DNA of 63,552 nucleotides, filler included, from Choristocarpus tenellus KU-1152 (Eukaryota > Protista > Phaeophyceae), in NCBI GenBank assembly GCA_964200185.2. It is 7 parts of 7 records of this genome, joined end to end, with 100 filler letters (N's around TTAATTAATTAA, not from the genome) between each part and the next. Parts side by side here need not be neighbours in the genome. Positions count along the whole stretch, not along the records: positions 40,636 to 44,874 come from CAXNAD020015540.1; positions 44,975 to 50,172 come from CAXNAD020011537.1; positions 50,273 to 52,937 come from CAXNAD020025827.1; 4 more parts are not named here. One strand, 5' to 3'. Positions 40,689 through 52,937 of the stretch are shown here, piece by piece (position 1 is the first letter of the stretch; each line of letters starts with the position of its first letter). The notes beneath the pieces were generated by a model, which worked only from the letters and a program-made list of their open reading frames with translations, made no database searches and was not told the DNA's origin. The position numbers were made by a program, and so were the translations under genes.

Positions 40689-42298
40689 CCATCCATATTA
40701 CATACGGATTTGTCACTTTACATATTTCCATTATATGTAGTATATCCATTTTTGTTTTCTTGCAAGTATGAATAGACCCCTCTGGGGGAGGCTGCACCAC
40801 TGAACGGATTCATGTTGGACAGAGATGGAGAGAAGAGAGCTTTGCCTGACTCCTTGCGTCTTTCCGTGCAAGAGACCTTATCTTGAATTCAAGGTATTGC
40901 ATCGAAGTCTGGCTTACACATGAGCTATACAATTATAACAGGAGGTGTCAGGTGACTGGTTGTCTCTTTTGCATGTGATGATGGTTATGCTAATGTCAAG
41001 GTCTTGTGTCGATATCTGAGGTAAAATATATACTCTTAAAGTATACATTATATATATATACACAGTACAAAATAAGACTCATACTTCGAACAACTCACAG
41101 AAAGAAAATATAAAATTGTCAACCAAAACTGTTGCCCTTCCTCCGTGCCTCTTTTAACGTTTATAGCCCACACACATTGACCAACGGATTGAAGCAGTTT
41201 CATGTTCTCAGTTTCAATGCCCATCTACGATAAACAACATGGTATTCTCACTCTTCACCGCCGGCTACATTTTTTCTCTCTTATACTTCCTTCACCTTTC
41301 CTCGTATACCCTTTGTCTCCTTTGTTCTTTTCTACCATTTCATTTTTCTTGCTCATTGGGTTCAACAGTCACACCGCTTGTTGCTTACGTCTCCTTCCTC
41401 AAATTTAGCATGTACTCCGTCTGCAACAAACTTCATCTTAACAATCCAGATAATTCTGTATATAAAAACTTAAGGTAAGAATTATCTTCCCCATGCACTT
41501 GTCGCATGGTCCATCTCAGTCAAACTTTGTTGGAAATATCTGGCCCTGCAACCGAGTTTTAAGCCAGGTACCCTTATGACAGAAGTGTGTGCAGCTAACC
41601 ACTTGTGCAACAACATCAATAAGGATACAGGGTGAGCTCCTTTGTCCAGTTGTGTGAGGCTATGCAATGTTGGAGCATAGCAGCAGTGCACACAAAACAT
41701 TGTAATTTCCAAGCTTTAAAGGCGTGTTTGTGGTTTAGCTGTTAGAAAGTAGATTTGGAGAGATATCTTTCACATTTACTGTAACTGTTAATCTTACAGG
41801 GGTCCTTACGATATATATTGTTGACTTTTTCCGTAACACATCTGCAAAATGTCAGAGGGCATGGCATCTTTCACATATTTATGACAGGTGTTACTTTTAC
41901 AGGGGTTATTCATGATATTCGGTTGGCTTTTTCCCTGACACACCTCCAAAACCTACAATATAATAATAATATGTAGGGTGATTCCGACTACGAACTCGAG
42001 TTATTTGTCTATGCCTTAAAACGGTACCCTCCTCTTGTAGGTTGTTAAGTTCTTCTTACCGTTTCAGTCCGTTCTTCTTACTGGCGTACAAAACCCCTTT
42101 TCGAACTCAACTGTTCGTACTAAAGTATATTTGTACCTATTGTTTTGTAGAACTCTTCCCGAGTCGCTTTGACTCTGCTCTGCAACCAGTGAAATTTAGA
42201 GCAAAGGTGTGTTCCAGCCTCCGAGTTCGTGTTCGCGTAAAATTATCTCTAAGGACACTAATAGGCCGGCTAGACAGATATCATACGCAGGAGCACTG

Positions 42299-44542
42299 AT
42301 GGTGTGGTCCCCGAGAGTTGTTGAGAAAGCCATCGAAAGCGCATGTGGTCGATGGCTAGTGGACTTCAACAAAGACAATGTTCAAGTGTCCTTATCTTCC
42401 TGTTCCATTTCCCTCTCAAATCTCTCCATCAATATGGTGAGGACACTGTGAACTTGGGTCTGGTTTGTATGAACACTACCTGTTACCGTGTAGGAATGCA
42501 CTCGAGTTTACCATGGTGTGGTATACTTCAAGTCCTTCTCCCCTCTCCGGTTGTTTTCTAGGATGAGCTACGTCTGTTCCAGCCTTCATTCTTACCCAAG
42601 GCGATCTACATAGGCAAACTTCATATGGACTTCCCCTTTTCCTTCACGTTCGTAAGGCCTGTGAAAGTAGCCCTGTCCGAAGTCATGATTCTTCTGTGCG
42701 CAGAGTGCAACGGTAGAGCTGAGGTAAGATTTCCATGGTCCTTCGGGCGCTTGAACCTCCTGGATAATATTGTCCACGCAATGTCTTATAGTATTCTTAT
42801 GTTTCGGACATTTTATATACACATAGTTTTCATTGGTTTCCCCCTGACACATCTGCAAAATGTCAGAGGGCATAATAATAAAATATTGGAACTGAGCTGG
42901 TTGTACCAGGTCTACGTTACTGTTTATCTATGGCAAACGCCGCCCATTCTCGAGGGAAATAACGCTCTGTAAACCCGCCCTCCCCTCCCAGCGACCTTCT
43001 GCTTCCTAACGTGCGTTTTCACGCCTTTTACCGACCTCTACGAACGAAGCAGGACGCCCGCAGGGCTATCAGTGCGCAGGTGCACCTGGAGAGAAACCTG
43101 CAATACATGGTTGACGGCCAATCCAACTCCCATTGGACTAGCGACGGCGAAGGAGCACCTAAGGGAGACGAGGAGTTTAACTGGGGAATGTTGGGTACTA
43201 AGATGCTGTTCGATAACCTACAGCGCATTTTGCAGAACCTGGAGGTTACTGTGAAGGTGCAATGGTGACGTGTAATCCATTTAATAACAGTCTCTGTCGT
43301 CACCCTCGCCTTCCACTACTGGGTTGAAGGCGGAATAGAGGGGAAAATGCATGGACACAATATTATACTGTGTATTGTAAGTTTTCTTGTTTGGGTCAAT
43401 TGCTGCTTGATTGCCATTGAGCAAGAAAGTGAACCACACTTGGACTTCACGACCCTGCACTACCTTGTACCCTATGGTATATACCCCACCCACACACGGT
43501 GTTATCCTGTACTATGATGTTCTTCTCTACCAAGAAACCATTGGCAGGCACACTCTCTGTTGCAAGCTTGGAGTGGAAGTGTCTTAGAGGGTACGAGTTT
43601 TGCCGTGTTTGTCCATTTGGTGCTTGGCTTCCCATAGTTTTTTTTTATGACATTGGCAGCTTTGACAGGAGAGTTATAGCTATACAAGTCGTACTGTATG
43701 AACATGAAAGCTTGTTTGATAACAGGCATCAGCAGGTCTATCTCCTGGAATGCAACAACAGGGTCTTCCGTGCCTGGGGAGTGCCCTTCCTCACTATATA
43801 ATGGTTGGGTAATCGGTTTGAATTTTGCATCTGGAATTTTTTCTTCCAAATTGCTCTCATCCGTGTAGTGTGTAGTGGTGATGAGTGCATATACCATTCA
43901 ACATTCTCTGGTATACTTAGGGTAATGGCTTGTTTTGCCTCCTTCAATGAGTGAGACCTCTCTCTCCTCCCAAATAATGTCAGCTGTTCAATCCCATGTA
44001 CTCTTAAGAATTAGACTATGATAATGTATCTTTGACAGGTACTCTTGTCTGTCTACTTCTAAGTGTGTTATGTGTGTGTGCATGCGTGTATGTCTGTGTC
44101 TCCTTTTCTCTTGCATTGTTATTCCTCCGTAGTATGGTTTACCAAAGCAACAAACACACACACAAACCTACCCATACAATATTGCAAGCACGAGCATCTA
44201 CCCCAAGTAGGACCTCACTAATTATGCTTTCAACCCTCCCCATCCCCCTAATCCAAACCTGCCTGTCCCATATCGTCAAGGATGTGCATTTTAGGATGGA
44301 AGACCCAGGCTGCCCATCTAGGGAAGGAGGGGCAGATCATCAACAAGCGACAGAGACTCACACTGCGGACAATGATTCTAGTGTAACCCCTCTCATGCAA
44401 CCTTTTGCCTTCGGGTTTTGTGCCCACGAGATCCGTGTAGATCCTGAGGAGGCAGGTTCAACAGACTCGGCACTTGCAGGGGGTGGTAGTGTGGTGGAAG
44501 AGGGAAAGCGCTATAGGAAAATGGAGGAGATGCTCATTCAAG
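42299..44542 (+). CDS. Chorein-N domain lipid-transfer protein (VPS13/BLTP family), first 4 exons
   Basis: Exons 42299-42436 (MVWSPRVVEKAIESACGRWLVDFNKDNVQVSL...ISLSNLSIN), 42562-42723 (IYIGKLHMDFPF...PVKVALSEVMILL), 43053-43256 (ILQNLEVTVK), 44281-44542 (DVHFRMED...PFAFGFCAHEI). This matches the chorein-N pattern I.NLQV.I..IH.RYED...PFSFG. Confidence 0.75.
43571..43650 (-). mobile_element. MITE-like element, subfamily A, right-end fragment
   Basis: GAGTGGAAGTGTCTTAGAGGGTACGAGTTTTGCCGTGTTTGTCCATTTGG...GGCTTCCCA is the reverse complement of the right end of 52224-52481. Confidence 0.8.
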
Positions 44543-44703
44543 GTATTGATCCAAACAATTTTTGAAGGTCTTGTTACTACTTGGAAGTAGTATGTGAATG
44601 TTGGACTAATACAGTACTAATCATACTGGGTTTTTGTGCGCCAAGAGTGCTTTCTACAAAGTTGTCACAAATACACAGACCCTAGGCGCTGTGTAAGATC
44701 TGG

Positions 44704-44874
44704 GAGTCAATGTATCTGGGGGGGGGATGTCGGTGTCCGCTTTTCACCCTTTTTTCGATTTTCACTTTTTTTCATATGATTTGGTCGCATGTGTCGGATT
44801 TGAAATGTCAGCAAGAAAAAGAGTCGTTTGATCGAAACGGACGCCCCCTTTCAAACCACCCCCCCCCCCCCCCC
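44704..44874. mobile_element. MITE-like element, subfamily C (poly-G TIR), nearly complete
   Basis: GAGTCAATGTATCT(G)10..GTGTCCGCTTT at the left. AAACGGACGC..poly-C at the right runs into the contig end. Confidence 0.7.
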
Positions 44875-47800
44875 NNNNNNNNNNNNNNNNNNNNNNNNNN
44901 NNNNNNNNNNNNNNNNNNTTAATTAATTAANNNNNNNNNNNNNNNNNNNNNNNNNNNNNNNNNNNNNNNNNNNNGGGGTGTTTGTGTTGGTTGTGGTTGG
45001 GGGAGGGGGGGGGGGGGGAAAAATTTTTGGTGGGTTTGTTGGGGGGGGGGGGGGGGGGGGGGGATTGCTTGCATACTTTCTGTGAGTACTGATGTGCTGG
45101 GCACGCTGACGAGGCATGCTGATGAGGCAGGGGAGGTGCAGGACAGACGATATACTTTGTCATTGGATCTTTTTGGAGATGAGAGGGTCTTGGTCCCTGG
45201 CAAATGAGGGGTGGTGCTGGTAGGGGTACTGTGCCTTTTTCCATAGCTGGTGTATCATTGAATTTCTGTTGGGTATGTACTCATTGGCATGCCTAGTGTT
45301 GAATATGTGTACGCCTTTCTTGTCACCTCTTTTTTTCTGCCTTGAGTGTGGTACTCTTTTTTTTTATTTACTTATTTTGGACTTTTGCCTTTGGGTAGGT
45401 AGTTTATGGGTTAGGACCTCGGCTAATGTACTCCGTACTGGGTAGAGTGTCCAAGAATCAGTGTCCAAGAAGTGCTCAAGTCTTTTTGTGAATGAAAGTA
45501 TGTTTTTTTTGAGATGAGGAATGGCCATGTGTTAATTCTAATGGCACATAGCCTGTCTGCTGTGCTTGTTTGTAGTTGTCTTGCTCTCACTGCTAGTTTT
45601 GTGGAAACACTAATCTATTTCTCTTTTCAAATATTCAAGAGTTTTGTGTTTGTTTGATAGGAAAGTAAAGCCTTGGTCTTGCTTGATGCGCCTTGGGACT
45701 TACCAAACCTGGTCCTAACCCCTACCCTAACCCTAACCCGGGGATGAATCCTACATGTTGCGATATTCCACATTCATGTATAGATGCATCTGGAATAGCA
45801 GTTGTTCGTGCAACAATGTTCCACCATGACGCACACTGGTATGTATAATACTCTATTTAGTCGTATCCTATCTTTGGGTTTGAGAAGAACAGCACCTTCA
45901 CCTCTTTTCCAATATGTTTTCCGCACCTTGATTGCATGTATTTGTATAATGTTCTAATATATTTTCCGCACGATTACGGACGAAATATAGTTATTCAAGG
46001 GCGTAGACTTGACTTGTTGTGCTCCTATTGGTTGTCCACAGTGATGTAAATATTCAGGACCAATGATATTGATTGGGTGAGGTTGCATCAGGGTAAATTT
46101 ATGTTTTTTTTTTGTCTCAATGTCACACTCAGAAAGGTTAAACGGATGAGGTGAGTCAATGACACGTCATTGGTGTAACTGCTGCTGAACACTAAACGAT
46201 CGTACGTGCGTACGGAACATATTTCATGCTCATCGCAACCAACCTTGGCATGACTCAGAGTGGCCTCCTCTTGCAAGAGGCTAATTATATGTAAGTTTGT
46301 TTCTATCAATCCAGGGCTGTGTACGAGGCAGGTTGACTGCTTTGGTTGCTGGAAAGGGAATCGGAAAGTTCATCCAATGTTTTCGGTCACCTAATTTCTG
46401 CTGAGCTCAAAACAAATTGAGTCACATCCCATGCATGTAACCTTAGTATGAGCGATGGCCCCAGCCACTCCTATCAGAACAGTATTTACCAACCCACTGG
46501 ACTATATACATAGTCCGATTTTCTCCAAATGCTCTCTTTTTGACTTATTATTTTCAAGTCTAGGAATCACGCATCATGGTAAGTTGTGTCTAAGGACAGA
46601 AATATTTATTGAAAAAGGCTGGGTCGATGATTTTGAGGCTATATCAAAGGTTCCCTAAATTAAAGGAGGGGTTTGCATTTGTGGAAGGGATGAGGAAAGA
46701 TTCTATACAACCTATGTGTGGAAAACCTCTGCGTGTGCAAGGACTTGAACTTCTATTGTGGAGGACTTTTGACCTCTGCAACATGAGGAACTATACATAG
46801 GGTGGAGACAGGACTCTGAAGTTGAGGTCAGGTCATTGACTCAAGACAAACCTTCAATCCCTACCCTGTCGGTGCTTTGAGCCAAACCAATTGAGAGGTA
46901 GAAAGGTTTGGACCCTTCTGATTCTGAGCCATCTTTCTTACCTTGTGAAATGCAGTCTATTTCATTCTTTATTACTTACATAATAGTGTCCACAAAATCG
47001 ATATTTCCCTTATCTACACACTGATACCACAATTAAGCAAAGGATCTTTGTACAATTACACAAAATAGCTTATTTCTGGCCTTTCTTGGGATCCCCAAAA
47101 TGGAACCCTGTTTACCTCTCATTTGTTTTTTTCTATGTTTGTATCACCACATAATGCCTCTCTTCCTGTAGGAAATGAAAACAAAACAGTCCCAATAACG
47201 TCCACTTCCAGTACAGGCCCTTATCAAACTGGATGGCTCCTATGACTTGCAGTGCAAAGTTAGAAGGCGGTTTCTTTTTCTCCTCCTGTGAACATTTTTT
47301 TTGTTCATCTTGATCGTCTCCATTTCTCCTATTTTCTAGATAAAAACAAAATAGTGGGGGAGGCATAGCTCTCTCTAGTAGAGGGGTGGTTCACTCAACA
47401 AAGGGATAGGGTTAGGGTGACCTGTAGGGCATTGGAGGTGATCCGAGCAACAATGCAGGAGGGATGCACACACTAATGTTCACAAAAGCGATCACTAGTA
47501 TGGATAGGATCCCGTTCTTATTTCTGACTATTTTGTGTCAGGAAAATACTACAAAATACAATATAGCCATTCAAACCAGCAGTATGAAATGTGTAACCCT
47601 AACCCTAACCCTCAACAAACGTAACTGTAGTGTCGGGAACCATTGACGATCCTTTCGCTAAAGTCCCCCTTTCTCATCAGGACACTCACACGCAGGTGAC
47701 TTGAGAAGCAACATGGAGTTGTACACACACTGTCTCTGGGTTCCATGAAGCGCTTGGTAGGATTGGAAATCGGATTCTAGACATTGATTGCATGCAGTCA

Positions 47801-48173
47801 AATGATTGCAGGACAACTCACCGACAGGTGACCTCATCGAGCATCACCATTTAAGTCTGATGCCCAACTCCATTCACCAGCTTCTCTAGTCTGTGCAAAA
47901 TTAGCGACAATATGATCCTCTTCTACACCAAACAATGTATTGAATCAGTTTAGCCATGTAGGCACAATATACGACCTGTGCAGGTAGATTCCAGTAGCTG
48001 CCTGTATGTTTAGAGATGGATATCATACTATATAAATAGGTCAAATCACTTCACAATGGTGCATATATATATATATCCTCCATAGTTTTGCAGACTTAGT
48101 CAGAGAGGAGGCCTTCTTCCCAAGGCAAATTAATGCCACCCCACCCCAGACATAAAAGAAAAGGGGTCACCCT

Positions 48174-48464
48174 TTACAACCCCCCAAGGGCCGAGAGGGG
48201 AACCCTCTTCACCCTGACTGCTGCAGAACAAACAAAAAACTTCTTGATTTGACTTGACGTCTGTGTATTCAGCTTCCAGATCTAGGTCTATCATATCCCT
48301 GTGTGAACCTTTCCCACGGTACGGACTCTCAATGAGGGTGGGGACCAGATCTTTGCTTCACAGACGGTCTGGTTCCCGTATCACCACTCACGAGTCTTTC
48401 CACCAATAGAAAAAGGTACACCCATTCTCTTGAAGTAATTGACCCACCGAACGATGTCCTTCAC
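48174..48464 (-). CDS. Putative last two exons of an unidentified gene
   Basis: Exon 48392-48464 (TAG|VKDIVRWVNYFKRMGVPFSIGGKT|GTGAGT) joins in phase to 48174-48220 (strong TTTTTTGTTTGTTCTGCAG acceptor; PVRVKRVPLSALGGL*). Support is splice signals only; I recognise no homology. Confidence 0.4.
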
Positions 48465-50113
48465 CTACAAATTGTTAAATGGTGAGTACAAAAACATACA
48501 ATTGGGGTTGGGTTGGGTTGGGTTGGGTTGGGTTGGGGGGGGGGGGGGGGGTAGAGCATCAGGAAATTTATAACATACTCATGGTGTTATTATAATTTAT
48601 TGAGAAAAAATAGATTGTTGATCTAGGGATGGATTGTCAACAGTGGAAGTATCAAGGGTATTGTTGATGGGATAAGGACATGCATTGTTGATGCAATTAT
48701 ATACCATTATATACAATTATATACCATTCAAAATGCACACCGGCACAGCACCCAAGCTGAGTAAACTGGCTCTTCACTTCTTTCAGCACTGGTTCGGTAT
48801 GGCATGGACAATTAATTACAGACTGGAAAAATAAATAAAAAGAGCTGTATAAACTACGTAAGGAACACTTAACACATTGCTAAGCTCCACATAAGTGTGA
48901 TACCATTAACCCTTTCCGTCCGTGCAATGGTGTCATTACTTCGGTCGACGGAATAGAGCCAGTTACTTCCGACGTGAAAATTATGGGGAGGCTTATTAAT
49001 CCACACACTGTGCAAGACCTTTTCATAACACACAACCATCGCGGTGCGATGGTTGCACTAGCTATCATCACGTAACACATCATCATGCCACTCAGGGCCG
49101 GTATTCCGTAAGTATTCCATACTTTTACCGTGCAACCAGATGGTGGCAACACCCAGAGACTAAGTTGGTTTGTGAGGAGGGCCGCATGGTGAATAAACAT
49201 ACAACAGCAGGCCCCCCACTCAATTGGACAAAAATACACAGTGTTCAGTGTCTTAGTCAATGCCGTCTTTTGTGTGTGCGCCTTCAAAGCACATCCTACA
49301 TATACCTTTTGTGTGCGCCTTCAAAGCACATCCTATATACCTTTTCCAACACCACCTCGCGAAAAAACAAAGCAAAACAAAACAAAACAAAAAACTTGGG
49401 AAATCCTACTGTGTTTAAATGCATTCAAGAGCTCGCCCGGATTTTTTTTTTTCTTTTCTGGTTTGCAATTCCACAAAAAGATATTTTTGAGGACCCTGTA
49501 AAAAAAAAAGCATCCTACCATACCCCTATTGGATAGTTCGATAGAAAAGAGCTCTCGACTCTTGAGACAGAACAAACTTACCCCATGTGTACTGGCGGAG
49601 CAGGCGTTTGCTGTTTACAAACTGTGGCCATGTCTAGTTCTAAACAAAAAATAAAATTCTGACTCGATACATTACATAGACCTTCGACAGGAAAAACGCC
49701 TCCCCATTCCCCAACGACATACGAATTACGGTAGTACATCTTTTTTTTTTTTTTTTTGGGGGGGGCTAACAAATAGAGATCACGACTATTGCCATCATGG
49801 CCCTCCTTCAACAAGAAGATAGAAAAGAGAGTAAGTAGAAGGGTTAGGGTTAGGGTTAGGTAGGTATCCATCGATATCAAATATTCGCAAGAGGACTGCT
49901 TCTGGACAGCAGGGATCGTGACAACAACAGAGCAGTCGCATTAGCTTTGACCTCCCGTTAGTTAGCTCTGGATTATCGCATTGAGCAGAGGCGTTGTCCT
50001 TCTGCTTGCTCCGGCCTTACCCTTAATTAAGTGCCTGTGAATGAATAGGGGGTTAACTAGAGCTCGAGACAGAATTGTGGCTGGACCGTTTTTTTTTTTT
50101 TCTTATCTAATAG

Positions 50114-50172
50114 GACCCAAAGTATCTTTGGGGGGAGGGGGTCTACACCAGGGTTGTCTATTTTGACCCAAA
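50114..50172 (+). mobile_element. Subfamily C terminus at contig end
   Basis: GACCCAAAGTATCTTTGGGGGGAGGGGGTCTACACCAGGGTTGTCTATTTTG. This is a near reverse complement of 40636-40688. Confidence 0.7.
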
Positions 50173-50272
50173 NNNNNNNNNNNNNNNNNNNNNNNNNNNN
50201 NNNNNNNNNNNNNNNNTTAATTAATTAANNNNNNNNNNNNNNNNNNNNNNNNNNNNNNNNNNNNNNNNNNNN

Positions 50273-52896
50273 CCAACATGCCAGAGATACATACTCGTCC
50301 CATCTATCTGGCCACTTCACACATAGTTCCGACAGGACTTCTAAAAGCAACCCTCCCATCTTTTCCACTCCCCCTTGTCCTCTTGAGTTGCCAGGGGATC
50401 CATAATTGATAGGGACTTTCAGCCAACGACAAAGGTGATTCATTATGTCTCCTGTGAACTCCCCTCCTCCTGCATTACTACGAAGTGACAAAGGGGCCCC
50501 AAATGTAAGACATGACCCAACACGTTTGTTGCTACTACTCCAGCTGCTTCTTTCGACACCATTGCGAACGCAAAACGGAATCTTGAAGTCCTATCAATTA
50601 AAGTTAATAGATTTTGTTACCTTTTGCCGAGATGTGTCCTACATCTTGTAGATCCATCTCAAGTGCACCCCATGGTTCCAGGAACTTGACTTGTAGCACT
50701 GCCACTTGTGCACTCCTTGCCCTTTTACGTCTGCGGCATCCACAAGATAGGACACAATCCTGTATGTCTTTGTGGAGTGAGGGTCAAAAGAAGTATTGTC
50801 GAGTTAGGGCTACTGTGCGTCCAACTCCCTGATAGCTAGTCTGCAGATGTACTGGTGCTAGGATGCCTGACACTAGTGAATGAGGAACTGCCAGCCTAGA
50901 TGAATACTCTCCAGGGGTGTACCAGAGTAACTCTTTATCATCTAGGGAATATGACACCACCTTTACACTCCCTTTTGTTCACTCGAGTGACGACTTCCAG
51001 TGTTCTCGGCCTTCGAGGACACCCTGGATGCTGCCCAACAAGGGGTCTTTCTTCTGCCTCTCCACTGCCTCTGCGCCTTACTTGCATGGTGACCTCTCTT
51101 CTCCTGCTGTTCCTTTTATTTTTATCCTGTCTTCGAGGGTAGGGTCTAAAGTTTACCAGCCAAAAGTGTTGGTGGCGTTAAGCTGGGGAAGAGGTTGCTG
51201 TGAGGTGGGTGTCGGGTCCACACTAGGTATCTTATATGGGGCCATCCAACCAGAGGAAGGGGGTATTAGGCACTGGTAGACTTTGATCCTGGGATCTACT
51301 GAGTGGTAGCCAACCTCCAACGCCTAAGTTGCGACTATCAGGTTCCGTGTGGCAACTTTGCAGTGCTGACAGTATTCCTGAGAATGTGGTATCAACTGTT
51401 CCCTGAAGTAACATGTGTACTACCTCTAGACTCGGTTAATCATGTGAGGGAGAAGTACACTCTAGTTCTGAATCTACCAACGCAGATAGAGAGCAAGGGG
51501 ACATCGTGGGGTGACCTAGGTTTAGGTCTGATGCACCTAAATCCTGCAAACATAAACTATCTATGATGGGTCCTCGTGGTCCAGCGTAGCTCTTGTTACA
51601 GGCTACTGACGGATCGTCGGGAAATGAATCGTCGATATCCAAACCTAAAGCAGTTGGTGGAGAGAGTCGTGACAGTCCGTCTGGTAGTTGATGCTTCGAC
51701 CCTGCTCGCCACTTCAGTTCCATGTCATGGTCCATAAGGCGAAGGGCCCACCCGTGGAGCTTGGGTCTAAGTTCACGACTCTTGAAGAGCCAAGTCAGTG
51801 CTGAACAGTCAGTGACAAGAGTCAATTTCCTACCCCAAATGTAGGAACGGAAGTGTTCTGCAGCCCATAGGATAGCCATGCATTCTGTTTCAGTGGATGC
51901 TCTTCTACTATTTGTTTTAGACCATCTATGGCTAGCATATGCTATGACATGTTCTTGGTCATCATCTTGTACCTGGGTCAGGGTTGCTCCAGTCCCTTCC
52001 TCACTCGCATCTGCATGGAGGAGGAACGGCTTATCCCAGTCAGGAAGACTAGGATTGATGGAGAGGCCAGACGCACCTTAAGTTCTTCAAAGGCCTTCTG
52101 CTCCTCTGATCCCCAAGGGATACTCTTCTTCCTGTCGCTTTTAGAAGTATACCCTTTATTCTGGAGAATGTCAGTCAGTGGTGCAGCTACTTGGTCACAA
52201 GTTCGGAACAAACTGTTGCATATGAGTCTAAGTATCTTAGAGGGTAGAGCCGCGTCCACTTGAGGACCAAACTCCGATGTTACAATTTTGATGTAATTTT
52301 GGCTATCATGTTTGTTAGGAGATGTCAATATCCTGTTCCGGACACACCTTTTCATAACATAAACATTTTACCTACTTCGAAACATTTTGGGGTAGGTAAA
52401 ATGTAATTAATAACCCATGGGAAGCCAAGTCCCAAATGGTCAAACAGGGAAAAACTCGTACCCTCTAAGACACTTTCACTCATGTATCCTGTCATACCTA
52501 GGAAAATTCTTAGCTGCTCAATTGTGGATGGGGGATCAAGTTTAGCGACTACTATAATTTTGGATGGAGCAGGGCTCAAGTCATCTCTGCCTATCTTTAT
52601 TCCTACAAATTCCTGTGAGGGCATTTGGGAAAATTCACAAACCGTATTGCTTGAGTCTGGTCAGGAGGAGCGAAGTTTAGTCATGAGGTTATCAATTGAT
52701 GAACTATAGCAAAAAAAATTGTCTAGCCAGTTTTCTACACCGTTTCCTTTGAGATCTCTCAACGCCCTTCTCATGTAACTAGATAATACTGCAGGTAAGA
52801 TTTTCAACCCAACGTCACACCTGTTGTACTCCCAAAGTTGTCCATGAGCATCACGGAAGGCTGTCTTGTGTTTGTCTACCTCTGCGATCTCTAGTC
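50273..52896 (-). mobile_element. Decayed Ty3/gypsy LTR-retrotransposon pol (RT-RNase H-integrase)
   Basis: RT: KHKTAFRDAHGQLWEYNRCDVGLK...WLDN. Connection: LRIFLGMTGYM/QQFVPN, WGSEEQKAFEELK. RNase H: AILWAAEHFRSYIWGRKLTLVTDCSALTWL...HQLPDGLSRL. Integrase zinc-binding and core: GVGRT...LSCGCRRRK, LRSNAGGGEFTG, WPDRWDEYV. The RT-RH-INT order is gypsy-type. There are several stops and frameshifts. Confidence 0.93.
52224..52481 (+). mobile_element. MITE-like element, subfamily A, full copy nested in the gypsy pol
   Basis: GAGTCTAAGTATCTTAGAGGGTA ... TACCCTCTAAGACACTTTCACTC, 258 bp. It interrupts pol between GYM and QQFVPN. Flanks are ATAT/ATGT (4-bp TSD, one mismatch). Confidence 0.9.
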
Positions 52897-52937
52897 GGCT
52901 CAAAGTATCTGGGAGGGGGTGGCGGCTGTCCATTTGG
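52897..52937 (+). mobile_element. Subfamily C terminus inserted in the gypsy RT, at contig end
   Basis: GGCTCAAAGTATCTGGGAGGGGGTGGCGGCTGTCCATTTGG. The same terminus occurs in reverse at 1-17 and ~22769-22810. Confidence 0.7.

Noticed and set aside
45062-45205. Possible plus-strand exon (…TRHADEAGEVQDRRYTLSLDLFGDERVLVPG)
   Set aside because: The acceptor is obscured by low-quality poly-G at the contig start, there is no clear donor, and I see no homology.
49272-49345. Short tandem duplications (~38 bp here; 15 bp at ~33467)
   Set aside because: Ordinary slippage or repair duplications with no further structure.
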